Shown piece after piece: positions 38,201 through 51,300 of a stretch of DNA of 64,000 bases. Each line of letters begins with the position of its first letter. Position 1 is the first letter of the stretch. The DNA comes from Octopus sinensis (taxonomy: Eukaryota). The stretch lies in contig NC_043006.1 of assembly GCF_006345805.1 (NCBI RefSeq), positions 79,236,001-79,300,000 of the forward strand, read 5' to 3'. A program made the translations under genes and the position numbers. Under the pieces are notes generated by a model, which saw nothing but the letters and a program-made list of their open reading frames with translations, did not search any database and was not told where the DNA came from.

Positions 38201-41200
38201 TGTTTGTCCCCCCAACATCGCTTGACAACCGATGCTGGTGTGTTTACATCCCCGTAAATTAGTGGTTCGGCAAAAGAGACCAATAGAATAAGTACTAGGT
38301 TTACAAAGAATAAGTCCTGGGGTTGATTTGCTCAACTAAAGGCAGTGCTCCAGCATGGCCACAGTCAAATGACTGAAACAAGTAAAAGAGAGTAAAAGAG
38401 TAGTGAAACAACTAAAACCCCTTCCTGTGACAAACCACTCAACCAGAAGTGGCGAGTTGTGGTCAGTTTAACAGGCTGAGAAAAAGCATTATGTACCTTT
38501 CCCAGGACACAATACAATGAGATACAGTAAGATTTGAACTGATAGTTAATATGAACATTTAACCCACAGTTTTAAGATCACATCTATTGTGCAATTCAAG
38601 AGAAAGAGAAATAACCATGCAGAGCAAAGATTTAATAAGCTCAGGAGAGAATGTCTACAAAGTTCCACATACCTGGGAAGTGTTTTCTGGCTGCTTCTTT
38701 TAACGTGTAAAAAACTTCACACATCACTTGTGGACAGGCAAAACCAGATGTTGTTATTGCTTGAAACATTTTATCTACATATGACTTTAGATGCTCCTGT
38801 TGATAAAAAGAAATATTCCCTTAAAAACAAGCAATATATTTGATTATTAGAGTGATAAATACATTTTTTTTTAAAATCCCTTTCGCTATCATATTTCTGT
38901 TTCAATTAATTTAAAAAACAAAAATGTAATTTAGTAAAATAACAGTCATTATTAAGCCAGTGTTAACCTTCATCATAATCATCATCATCGTTTAACGTCC
39001 ACTTTCCATGCTAGCATGGGTTGGACGATTTTGACTGAGGGCTGGCGAACCAGATGGCTGCACCAGGCTCCAATCCTGATCTGGCAGATTTTCTACAGCT
39101 AGATGCCCGTCCTAACGCCAACCACTCCGAGAGTGTAGTGGGTGCTTTTTACGTGCCACCAGTACGGGGGCCAGTCAGCCGGTACTGGCAATGACCTCGC
39201 TCAAATCTTTTTACACGTGCCACCGGCACAGGTGCCAGTGAAGCGACCTCACTATTAAATGTATGTGTGTATATGTTTAGAGAGTACTCTTTTCTTGACA
39301 TCATGTGATGACTGTAAATGAGCACCACTGTCATATAAGCGGTGTTGATCATTTTCTGATTTCTGTGGTGAAATATTACCTTGCTTGGCAAGCAAAGGTA
39401 TTTGGCCATGGAAAATCTATCCAATAAATTCCATCTCATGGATGTAAGCATGGGAAGGTGCATGTTAAATGACGATAATGATAATGATAGAGGGGAGGGG
39501 GCTCTGAAGAAGATAAGGAAGCAAGTCCATTCTCTACTTTGTTCAATCAATGGATTACAGATCAACTCATGAACATGGTTATTGTAAAAGGGTGCTGGGT
39601 CTCTCCAAAATTTTATTAGAAACATGTGTAAGCTAACTGGAATAAAATGTATAAATATCCATTATCTGTGCACATTTATTTATAAGTATACACACATACA
39701 ATACATACACACACACACACACACATGTGCATGTTTGTGTGTGCATATACATGCTCACACAAACACATATATATATGTGTATATATGTCTCTAGTGTGTG
39801 TACACTAATGTGAATTGGTGCACAGAGTTGTAACCCTTCACTTAAAAAAGGGATGTTTTAATTATATATTTATCTATATCCCACTGGTGTCTACTTTTGC
39901 ATGGAAAGTGGACATTAAATGATAATGGTGATAGTCTCATCTACATACATGCCTACATGTATGTAGGTACATCACTACATGTGCACCACTGCACATACAT
40001 CACTACACGTGCTACATGTAAACCATGTGGTATAATTAGAGATGTTGATACAGGAAACATATGAAATATGATAAGTGCAATGTCTTTGTAACACACCAGT
40101 GATGTGGTCCATGCAAGAGGAGAAACTTTAACCTCCCCACCATCATACAAACATTGGTGCATAATGATACATTAACATCATCATCATCATTTTATGTCCG
40201 TTTTCCATACTGGCATGGGTTGGACGATTTGACTGAGGACTGGCGAACCAGATGGCTGCACCAGGCTCCAATCTGATCTGACAAGGTTTCTACAGCTGGA
40301 TGCCCTTCCTAACGCCAACCACTCTGACAGTGTAGTGGGTGCTTTTTACATGCCACCAGCATGGGAGCAAGTCGAAGGTGGTAGGGGGTTAGGTAAAAAA
40401 AAAAGAAAGAAAGAAGGATGGTTTTACCATGTTTGTGATAATGTTTTCACCATCCTTTAATTTGGTTGGATCAATCTCACACGATCGGTGATCTGTACAA
40501 ATCTACAAATAGGAAAGGTACACAGATTATGATATATGCATAGGAGATTGTTAAAGAATTCATTTAAAAACAAAACTCTGGTATCAAGTATAGAGAAGAC
40601 ATCTATATAAAAGCAAACTAAAAATGATTCCTTTATAAAAATCTTCTGGTTTTGATTGGAGATGCTACAAGCATCAAGCCAATGTAGGAGCCACAACCGT
40701 AAGACTACCATAAGAACTTGCACTCAAGTATATTACTAAAATTAATTTTATGATTTCATAGAAGTATCTTTTCTACTCTAGGCACAAGGCCCGAATTTCT
40801 TGGGGAAGGAGCCAGTCAATGAGATCAACCTCAGTAACTGGTACTTAATTTATCGACCCCGAAAGAATGAAAGGCAAAGCCAACCTTGGCAGAATTTGAA
40901 CTCAGAACATAAAGACAAATGAAATATTATTAAGCATTTTGCCCAGCGTGCTAATGTTTCTGCTAGCTTGCCACCTTGATCTCATAGAAGAACAGAAGAA
41001 AATAAGACCCCCTCCTAGAAACTGAAATCAAAATCAAACCAAATGAAATCGTAGATTCGTGATGCTGAGCAATTAATTGTTAAGTCTTGGGGAAACAGAG
41101 CTGTCCCATTTTGCCCCACCAAAGTCAAAACCTCTCAATTATTTAACTGATGGAAATTCTGAAATACGTCACTTTATCTTGCCAAAAAGAGAGATAAATA

Positions 41201-42881
41201 TCCAAGAAGCAATAAAGACATAAATAAATAAATGCAAAATAAGTAAATAAGTAAATGAAAATATCAATTAATGCATTTATATTGTTCAAACATCTATGTA
41301 TAATCAGACATCTATATTCATTGCCTATATCACAATATGTAAAGCATTGTTGAGGATCAACAATTACAAATGGTGCATTATGCAGTTTAGTAGAATTATG
41401 TACAATAATTTTAGATTTTAAAACACTTTTGCCAGATGTAGTATCAATACTGGTGAGGTTGACAATAATTTGACATCAATCAAATTTTCTATTTATTTGC
41501 TGGGATGTTGAAAGAATCCGGCCTCCAAACTAGTGTTGCTTCCTCATAGTTTAGAAAATCAGTCAAATATATAAAATGCTATAATTTCTGACATGTATAC
41601 CCATTCTTCATGTGAAGGTACATGGCCTATTGGTTAGGGGAAATTGCACTTACAACTGTGAGATTGCGGTTTCAATTTTCAGATTGGCTGCACATTGTGT
41701 TCTTGAGCAAAACACTTCATTTCATATTGTTCTAGTCCACTTAGCTGTAAGTGGGTTAATCCTGCAGCTGACAAGCCTTCCAGTCAGAGGGGATGTTGAC
41801 CTGTTTCCCTGGCCTGCAGAGTGACATCATTCAAAAGCTAAAACAATGCAAAGTGCATTGTGTCCTGTGATGTATAACATCTGATAGTCTGGTTGATACC
41901 ATGATATTGATTCTTTAGCAAACAATTTCTTCCTTTAGAAAAGTGTTTTGACAACATAGATGTTTCAGTGATATAGTAGACTCAGAGACACCAGTGTTTC
42001 AGCATAACTGTGCCTCCTCAGCCCAAGACACTGCCCACATGTCTGAAGCTAAACAACAACAATGGCACTTCTTTGTAGAATTCTGTATTCTAAGTTCTAT
42101 TGAGCTGATATGAATTTATCAAGGGCATGCAAAACAGCAAGAATCAAAACAATGATGTGGTAGACTTGGATGTGTATGTGCTTTTCATTGTTGGATTCCA
42201 TCTTCAGAGTATAAGAGAGAATAACTTCTCCTTTTAGAGTTATGCATGTTGACAATACACATGTTTCATGTGACACAGCAGACTCTAAGACACCAGTGTG
42301 TTTTGATATAATTGTGCCTCCTCAGTCAGAGACACTGCCTAGATATCTGAAGCTAAACGAGAACAACCATTCTTCTTTATAGCATTCAGCTAACAAAATA
42401 TTTTCAGATGCATGTTAAAGTTTGCTGAGTTGATAATTAATTATCCTGAGCATGCAAAAGGATGAGAATCAGAACAATGATGGGCATCTTTATTCTTAAC
42501 ACATTCCAGCACTTATGAATGTGAATATGGGTTTCACTGTTGGATTTTAATTTCTAAAATACTCTTTTACTTCTTTCAGTCATTTTGACTGTGGCCATGC
42601 TGGAGCACCGCCTTTAGTCGAGCAAATTGACCCCAGGACTTATTCTTTGTAAGACTAGTACTTATTCTATCGGTCTCTTTTGCCAAACTGCTAAGTTACG
42701 GGGACATAAGCACATCAGCATCGATTGTCAAGCGATGTTTGGGGGACAAACACAGACACACAAACATACACACACACACACACAAATATACATACACTCT
42801 TACTCTTTACTCTTATTTGTTTCAGTCATTTGACTGCGGCCATTCTGGAGCACCACCTTTAGTCGAGCAAGTCGACCCATA

Positions 42882-42952
<71 letters not shown>

Positions 42953-45331
42953 CGGGCTTCTTTCAGTTTCTGTCTACCAAATCCACTCACAAGGCTTTGG
43001 TAAGCCCGAGGCTATAGTAGAAGACACTTGTCCAAGGTGCCAAACAGTGGGACTGAACCCGGAACCGTGTGGTTCGTAAGCAAGCTATTTACCACACAGC
43101 CACTCCTACGCCTACATGTGGAAAAATGTAGAAAAAAAAATTTTTTTTTAAATCAAAATACAAAACTTGCACCACAAAAAAACCCCAGCAAACTGTACTT
43201 TGCTAAGGCTGCTTTCTGATTAAAGGTGTTCTTACCTCATCAATTATTGACTTTATTGTGTCTTGTAAATATGGTAACCCGACTAGCTTCATCAACTCAT
43301 CAATTAATTTAGTGACTAGAGTATTACCCCGAAATATGGTGTTGGGGTCACTGCAAAAGAATAAACAAAAATAAATATTGCACTAATTTAGAAGTAGAAA
43401 AAAACATTGGAGATAAAAACAAAAGTGTTTTTTTTTTTAAATAGATGAATGAATAAATAAACATAAATCTAACGACAATAACAATGAATTTCCTACACAT
43501 CAGGGAAGATATTTCAAGTACCCTCTTTGTTCATATTATAAAATTTTTGGGCCAGTTAGCAACATCATTAAAAAAAAAAAAAAATTTACATCTGCATTGA
43601 TAAAACTGAAGTAGCAGCTAAGTACTAGAGTCAAATTGACTAAATCAACATCATACACATTGTTTTAATGTCAATTTTTCAAGGTTACATTAGTATGACG
43701 GGACATAGTTTTCTATGGCCAAATGTCCTTTCTGTCAACTGCAGAGGTTCTCAACGATTTTTTGCCTATGGACCCTTTTGATTGCTATTTTACTCAGAGG
43801 GTGGGAACCTTAGAGCCATACATCTATATATTTCTATAAGAAAGTCTAAGACAGGTGTTGGTTTATTTTCTGTGGTAGACTTTACGTCCCCAAAGTCCAT
43901 CCCCTCCTCACCATGGTGGGGATGCTGGCAATGGGTAGTGTCAGAGCTATGCCATCGAGAACAGAGTGTCTGTTTCGGCAACCGGCAGCTCCTCGGTCGT
44001 TCTGTCCCTGCGTCTGCGGACAATCTGCGGCAAACAGGATGTCTCTACAAGCGGGATTGTTGGGGACCGCTTGTGAAATCCACATATTCCCATGAAACTT
44101 TTTCCATGAACTCTCAATGTCCTTCTCCCAACTCCACTTCCCAACTGGCGGAAACGCACGGGCGGGCAGCTGAAGACCTGGGTTACGATGATCAAGGACC
44201 TCTCCATGCTCACAGGACCGCAGGTGGTTGGCTTGCGCCGATGGAACTGTGACTGGCTCACTATCTCCAGTGATCTGGCACAGGACGATCGTGATTGGGC
44301 TGCCATGGTTCGAGATGCCTCGAGGGTGGTAGAAGAAGCCGACTCAACCCACCCAGGGTGAATGTTGCCACAAGTACAAGTAAGTGTGGTAGACTAGTAG
44401 TTATTCATGCTTGAAAGACACTTTTTCCACATTGTCAACATTTATCAATGTGTGTGTGTGTGTGGTGGGTGGTGAGGAAGAGAAATATTAATTACATGTA
44501 TCTTCAACAAAATCTCTGTTGCTTAACAGCATCACTTGAATTTCAACATGTGAGGACCAGTGGAACAGAATATTCTGAGAACACCTTACTTGAGAAACAA
44601 GTAAGGGCTGGCAACAGAGAAAGTGTCCAGCCTCAAGAAAACCCACCTCAATAAGCTTCATCTAACTCATGCTAGCATTGATAAAACGAGCATAGAAATT
44701 ATGAAAATGGTGATATATTTATTACAAACAGGAAAGCAGATATATTCTACATGGCTGAGTTCCTTTCGAGCGGTGGTCCTCATGGAGGCAAAGTGGTCGA
44801 GTTCCTTTTGAGTGTTGGGCCTCACAGAAGCAATGACCAAGACCTTTGGCATTATGTTGTGCTTGAGAAGAAGACCCATCAAGCCGAGCAAAACCACTGT
44901 CGTGGCAGATACCGGTGTCATGGAAATGGCACCTGTGCCGGTAGCACTTAAGAGCACTCATTACACTCTAGGAGTGGTTGGCATTAGGAAGGGTATCCAG
45001 CTATAGAAGACCATGCCAAATCAGACTGGAGCCTGGCGCAGCCTTCCAGCAGGCCAGCCCAGTCAAACTGTCCAACCCATGCCAGCATGGACAATGGATA
45101 TTAAATGTTGATGATGATGATGATGATGATGATGCTGATGTTTCAGTCACTGATCTGTGGTCATGCGGGTATGTTGCCTTGAAGAGTTTAGACGAACAAA
45201 TCACACCCAATTTCCTTTTCTTTAAAGTCTGGTACATATTCTCTTGTTCTCTTTTGCTAAACTGCCAAGTTACAAAGACATAAACAAACCAACACCAGTT
45301 GTCAAGCAGTGGCAAAGGACAAACTCAAAGA

Positions 45332-45378
<47 letters not shown>

Positions 45379-48300
45379 GTATGTATGTAAAAATGTATGT
45401 GTGTATGCATACACACACACACAGACATAACAAACCAACACCAGTTGTCAAGCAGTGGCAAACAACAAACTCAAAGACAAAGGCACACACACACACACAC
45501 ACAAAACAGGCTTCTTTCAGTTTCCCTCTACCAAACCCACACACAAGGTTTTGGCCAGTCCAAGGTTATAGTAGAAGACACTTGCTCAAGATCTTTCACA
45601 ATAGGACTGAACTTGAAGCCATATGGTTGGGAAGCATTTTTCAAACAGAAAAAAATATTCCCATGGTGGTTGTTGTTATTTTTGTTGGGGTTTTTTTTGG
45701 TTATTTTGATACTTTTATTTAAAGCCACATAAAACAAATGCATGCAGTGATCACTGCACTGCTTAAAGACAAGAACAAAAAAAGTGTCAGAGCCAATGAC
45801 ATCATAATGCATGAGTGTGTTTTATTGTATAGTATGCACTTAAGAGAGAAATAACCTCAGATATTATTGTTTACTTACAACAATGCCACAGACAGGTTTG
45901 GAGGAAGGGTGTGAGGAAAGAAATGAGAGGTGACACAGTAGTTAAGCACCAATAACTTCCTTCCCTCTTGTCAAGTAACAATAATTGTTCTATTAAAAAT
46001 GTATTCGTTTGTTAGCGAACTTACGTGACATATCTCATAGAGTTATGATATATCTCATGTGCACAGACATGGTTGTGTGTTTCAGAAGTTTGCTTCACAA
46101 CCATTTGGTTTCATGCCCAGTCTCACTGAATGGTACCTTGAGGAAAGCTTCTATAATAATAGCATAATAGAGTAATAGACCCTGGCTGACCAAAGATTTA
46201 GTAGATGGAAACTGAAAGAAGCCTGTTATGTGTTTGTGTCTCCTTGTCTTGATATCATGTGATAGTTGTAAATGAGCATCACCATCATATATTACCCTAA
46301 AAGTCCAACCCCTCCTCAAAGCGGTAGGGTAGTGTAAACGAACAGTGTCAGAGCTATGCCGTTGGGAACTTCAGTTCCTGGTAGGGCCACCCAAGACGGA
46401 TTGGTCTGGCACCGAGCAGTATTAGGTGAAAATTCCAAGAGGCATCTGATCGGCAAACGGCGGCTTCGAGGTTGTTCTGTCCTTGTGTCTGTGGAGACTC
46501 CGTGGCAAACAGGGCATCCAATCACTCAGGATATGCATGCGGGATGTTGGGGACCGCTTGTGAATTCAATATTCCCATGAAAATTCTTCTATAAATCCTA
46601 CTACTACCATAGCAACCGGCATGGTTCGTGATGCCGTTAGGACCAGAGAAGAAGCCAGCTCAACCCGCCCTGGGTGAATGCCGTCACAAATACAAGTACA
46701 AATAAGTACCATCATATAGGGGTATCCTTTATTTCCAATCTTCCATGGAAACATGTCCAGCCATAGGGAAATATTATCTTACTTGGATGAAGGATGATGA
46801 CAAGAAGGGCATCTGACCATAGTAAAATCTGCCTTATTGAATTGTGTCCAACCCATGCGAACATGGAAAATTAGATGTTAAAAGAGTGATGATGATAATG
46901 TAGGTGTGTTAAACAAAGCAAATTTTACACATTGTGGAACCATCTACACAGCTACACAAGGTATTTGTGTAGCTGTACTCTTTGGCAGGCAAACAAACAC
47001 TCTGCTGGTTAAAAACCACCTGGAAAATGCCTTAAGCAAAGACACCATCAAAGCTATAGATAACAACATCGGTGATCTGAAGAAAAACCCACTTTTAACA
47101 ACCAACAGCACTGGTATAATACTTGTTAGATGACTTGATACCACCAATATGTCATACTGCTCAGCCAACTCACCTATTTAGACATGACAAAAAAGTATTC
47201 ATGACTCAGGCCAGATCTTTTCAGTTTGGCTCACAGATTTTTTTTTATAACTAAAAAGTTTGAAACTTTGTATACTGGTGAAATTTCTCACGCTAAACAT
47301 GGTTTACTTTCAACATTTTTGACCAAATTTCGCATTTTAGAAGTTATTTCATGTTAAAGTTGTCGTATTTGGGTAATTTCAACCTATCAATGTCATGCAT
47401 TCAGCTGAACAAACCTACTGCTGTTTGCAATAGTAATCAAAGAGCAGCGGCTTGCGAGTCATCTCTACCTTGAATAATCTATACATGGTTGAAAAATACA
47501 TTTAGTATACGAAATTTTGTTAAAAATGTTGAAAGTAAACCATGTTCAGCGTGAGAAATTACACCAGTATATGAAGTTTCTAACTGTTTAGTTGAAAAAA
47601 AATAATTTTTTTAATCTGTGAGTTAAACTGAAGGGATTCCTAAGACCTTTTATGGCCAAAATATTGAAATAAATATAGTATAAGTATTTATTCTTACTTT
47701 TTTATTTGTAACTGCATTGCTGTGGCTTTGATTTTTCTTTTTTCAATCACTTTTAAACCTTTTGTCACTATACCTCTCTAAAAATGCACTGCCTTTCTTT
47801 CAATTAATTTTGAAAATGATGGCGAATTTAATAAAATAACCTGTCATTATTCAGCTGGTATTTGGAACATAAATTAACATGAATTTTTTATGAAAGGCTT
47901 AACACAGAACCAAGGACAGTCTCAGGTGGGTTAATACCAAAAGAGTTAATACTATTTTACAACCATTCAAATGAATCATATCATATCACTCAACTAACAG
48001 TTTTCACAGTCAACCATGAAATTTATTTATATTCATTATATTCAGTATTTTAATATCATTATATAGGGTTAACATACTGATATGACCCATTTCAACTCTA
48101 CATTTTTACATGCAAAACTGAAAACTTCCTTTATTAGATAAAAATGAATTACTCACGAGGTTTTGGAAAGTTCATTTTCAGCTAAAGCTTTAATTAAAGG
48201 CACTAATTTTCCATAGTGTAAAAAAACTTTCATCAGAGGTTGAGCTGCATTTTGTGGATTTTCAACAATTTCCCCCAAAATAAAGGCTGCTGATGATGTT

Positions 48301-51300
48301 ATTGGCTGCAATTATAAAGACAAGGAAATGGTGATTATGTTGAGACTTAAAAGCAAACTGTTTAAACTTCATTTAACAATAAAAAACAAAGAAAAACAAA
48401 GATGACATTCTGTTTATAATGTAACATCTTAGATACACCTGTGATTGTGACATCAATCAGTCATGAATGACCATGGAATTGCACCTAGAAAGTTACCCTC
48501 CGAGGTACAAGTCTGAGCAAGGTTGTTTATGGAAGACCAGCAGTCGCCCACGCATACCAGCCTCCCCTCTCTACGCCACCGATGTTATCCAAGGGAAAGG
48601 CAAAGGCCGATACAGCTTGGCACCAGTGACGTTGCAGCTCATTTATTAACGTGCAAGTGGCTGAGCACTCCACAGATACATGTACCCTTAACATAGTTCT
48701 CGGGGATATTCAGCGTGACACAGAGAGTGACAAGGCCGGTCCTTTGAAATACAGGTACAACAGAAACAGGAAGTAAGTGTGAGAGAAAGTTGTGGTGAAA
48801 GAGTACAGCAAGGTTCACCACCACCCCCTGCCGGGGAGCTTTAGGTGTTTTCGCTCAATAAACACTCACAATGCCCGGTCTGGGAATCGAAACCGCGATC
48901 CTATGACCGCGAGTCCGCTGCCCTAACCACTGGGCCATTGACCCTCCACCTGTAAGTATAACAGAAATAGAAAACAAATATGAAATTATGAAAAACAACT
49001 GATCTTCTAGCATCCAGTTGTAGATGATGGCACAATAATGCAATAGTTTCAGTATTCAATCCTTAAAAGAGGAGCGGTTGGTAAAAATAAAAAGTCAAAC
49101 TTGCTATCTTTCATTCATTCAGTTGTCATCGCCGTCGCCATCATCATCATAGTCAAGTCAGGTGATTTGTCAAGACTAATGGTCTCTTCCACACCAGTTG
49201 ACTCAATCTTCTGTACCAGTCTTCATATTCTACATTTGATATCCAGTGTCTCCCGTAAGTTGATGGATATTTGCTCTCTTGGTCAGTCAACACCTGTATG
49301 TCCATGCACATGTTTCTGCAAAAGGAGATCACTGGATATTTCATCCTTGCTTCTCCAGCAATATCCAGCACAATGTGCTCTATCCTCATGTACCTATCCT
49401 AACCTATGGTCATGAATGTTTGGTAATGACCAAAATAAGAAAAACACAGTCACAAATACACTGAAATGGGGTTCGTCTGAAGGATCCCTAGATCAGTGTT
49501 ACTTGACAGGGGCATAGTTCAGAATCAAAGGGGTCTTCAGGCCAAGCTACCACTTCATATCGAGTGGCCATGGCTCCATTACTAGGGACATGTGGTTAGA
49601 ATGTCACAGGAAAGTATTACAAGAGGAATTCTTCAAACCAATACAATCACGGGACTAAGGGAAGGCCAAGACCAACATGGTTTGATAATATCTAGTCTCA
49701 GTTGGTCATGCTTGGAATTCCAGCAGGGCAATGTAATGACATCTGCCTCTGATAGGACCCTATAGAGGAGGTGTCTAAGGGTTCTACCCACACAACCTTC
49801 CCAGGACAGTGGGCAGTGGAAATGGTTAGCTGGAAGGAACATTTATTTATATTCAAATGCACAAAGGTGGCAAGCTAGCGGAATAGTTAGAACTGAGGTC
49901 AACTTTGCTTTTCATCTTTTCAAGGTCGATAAAATAAAGTACCAGTTGAGGACTGGGGTCGATGTAATCGACTAACTCCTCCTCCAAAGTTTCAGGCCTT
50001 GTACCTATAGCAGAAAGGATTGTTATAATTAAGGTGGTGAGCTGGCAGAACTGTTAGCATGCTGGGCAAAATGCTTAGTGGTATCTTGTCTGCCCTTATG
50101 TTTTGAGTTCAAATGCCTCCTACAAAATTACTGGCCTTGTGTCAAAATTTGAAACCAATATTTAAATGCACAAGTAATGTCTGGAGTATTCCCTGGTCTT
50201 GCAAGGGACCAGGCAACCTATCTAGTGTTGGTGCCACAATACAGTACACTTAATACATTTGGTAAAGAGACTGGCAACTGAACAGACAACATAGAGTAGA
50301 GAGGACTCATCAGTTATGCAAGACATGATAACTTCTCTAGTGCTGACACCTTGGGCACCAGTGACATTACTTTATGCCCTTGTAAACAAAACATCCTACT
50401 CAGTAGCTTGAAATGTAAAAACCATTGGAATAAAATACCTCACTTGAAAACAAATTAAGTTGCTATCAAGAAGGGCATCAAGTTGTAGAATACTTCCTTA
50501 GGAAGACCTGTCCAACTCATGCCAGCATCACAGAATGGCTGTGTAGGTAAGAAATTTGTTTTGCAGCCATGTGGTTTTGAGTTCAGGCCTGCTGTATGGC
50601 ACCTAGAATGTCTTCTAGTATGGCCCCAGGCCAACCAATGTCTTGTAAGTAATTTTGATAGACAGAATCTGTGTAGAAGTCCGTTACATGTGTGTGTGTG
50701 TGTCTTTATGTTTGTCCATTCCCCTCACATCATTGACAACCAGTATTGGTTTGTTAACATCCTTGTAACCTAGTGGTTCAGCAAAAAAAACCAACAAAAC
50801 AAGCACCAAACTTAAAATAACAATTAGTACAAGAGTCAATTTGCTTAACTAAACCTTTTGTGTCAGTGCTCCGGCCTGGCCACAGTCCAATGACTAAAGC
50901 AAATAATGCATAAAAGATAAATAACAATGATAATGATGATGATGTCATAAGTATAATGCATGATATTGCTCCAACCAAAAATAAAAACCAGGAAGCAAGT
51001 AGTTCATTCATGAATATATCCGCCACTCTTTAAGAAATTAGCAATCACAATATTAATTGATTAGCTTACAGTACAACTTTCTGAATTCAACAATAAATTC
51101 CTGAGTTCATCGTAGTAGTGGGAAGAGAAAACATAATCAGAGGTATATGAGATTCGGAGCCGTAATGAACCCAGTTCTTGTCGCGTCTGTTTACCATTTT
51201 CTCGAGCATGGAGGAAGTACCTGAAAGAAAAATAAATACTTTTAACTCTTTGTCTCACTGAATTTTGAAAGGTGTAAACTTAAGTATTTGAACATGTTTA

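Noticed and set aside
46906-47190. ORFs, a cryptic acceptor at about 47077 and an AG|GTGAGT recursive-splice-like site at 47174
   Set aside because: The RASA3 frame is complete without them, an 8-mer match is expected about once by chance in 64 kb, and the intron is short for recursive splicing.
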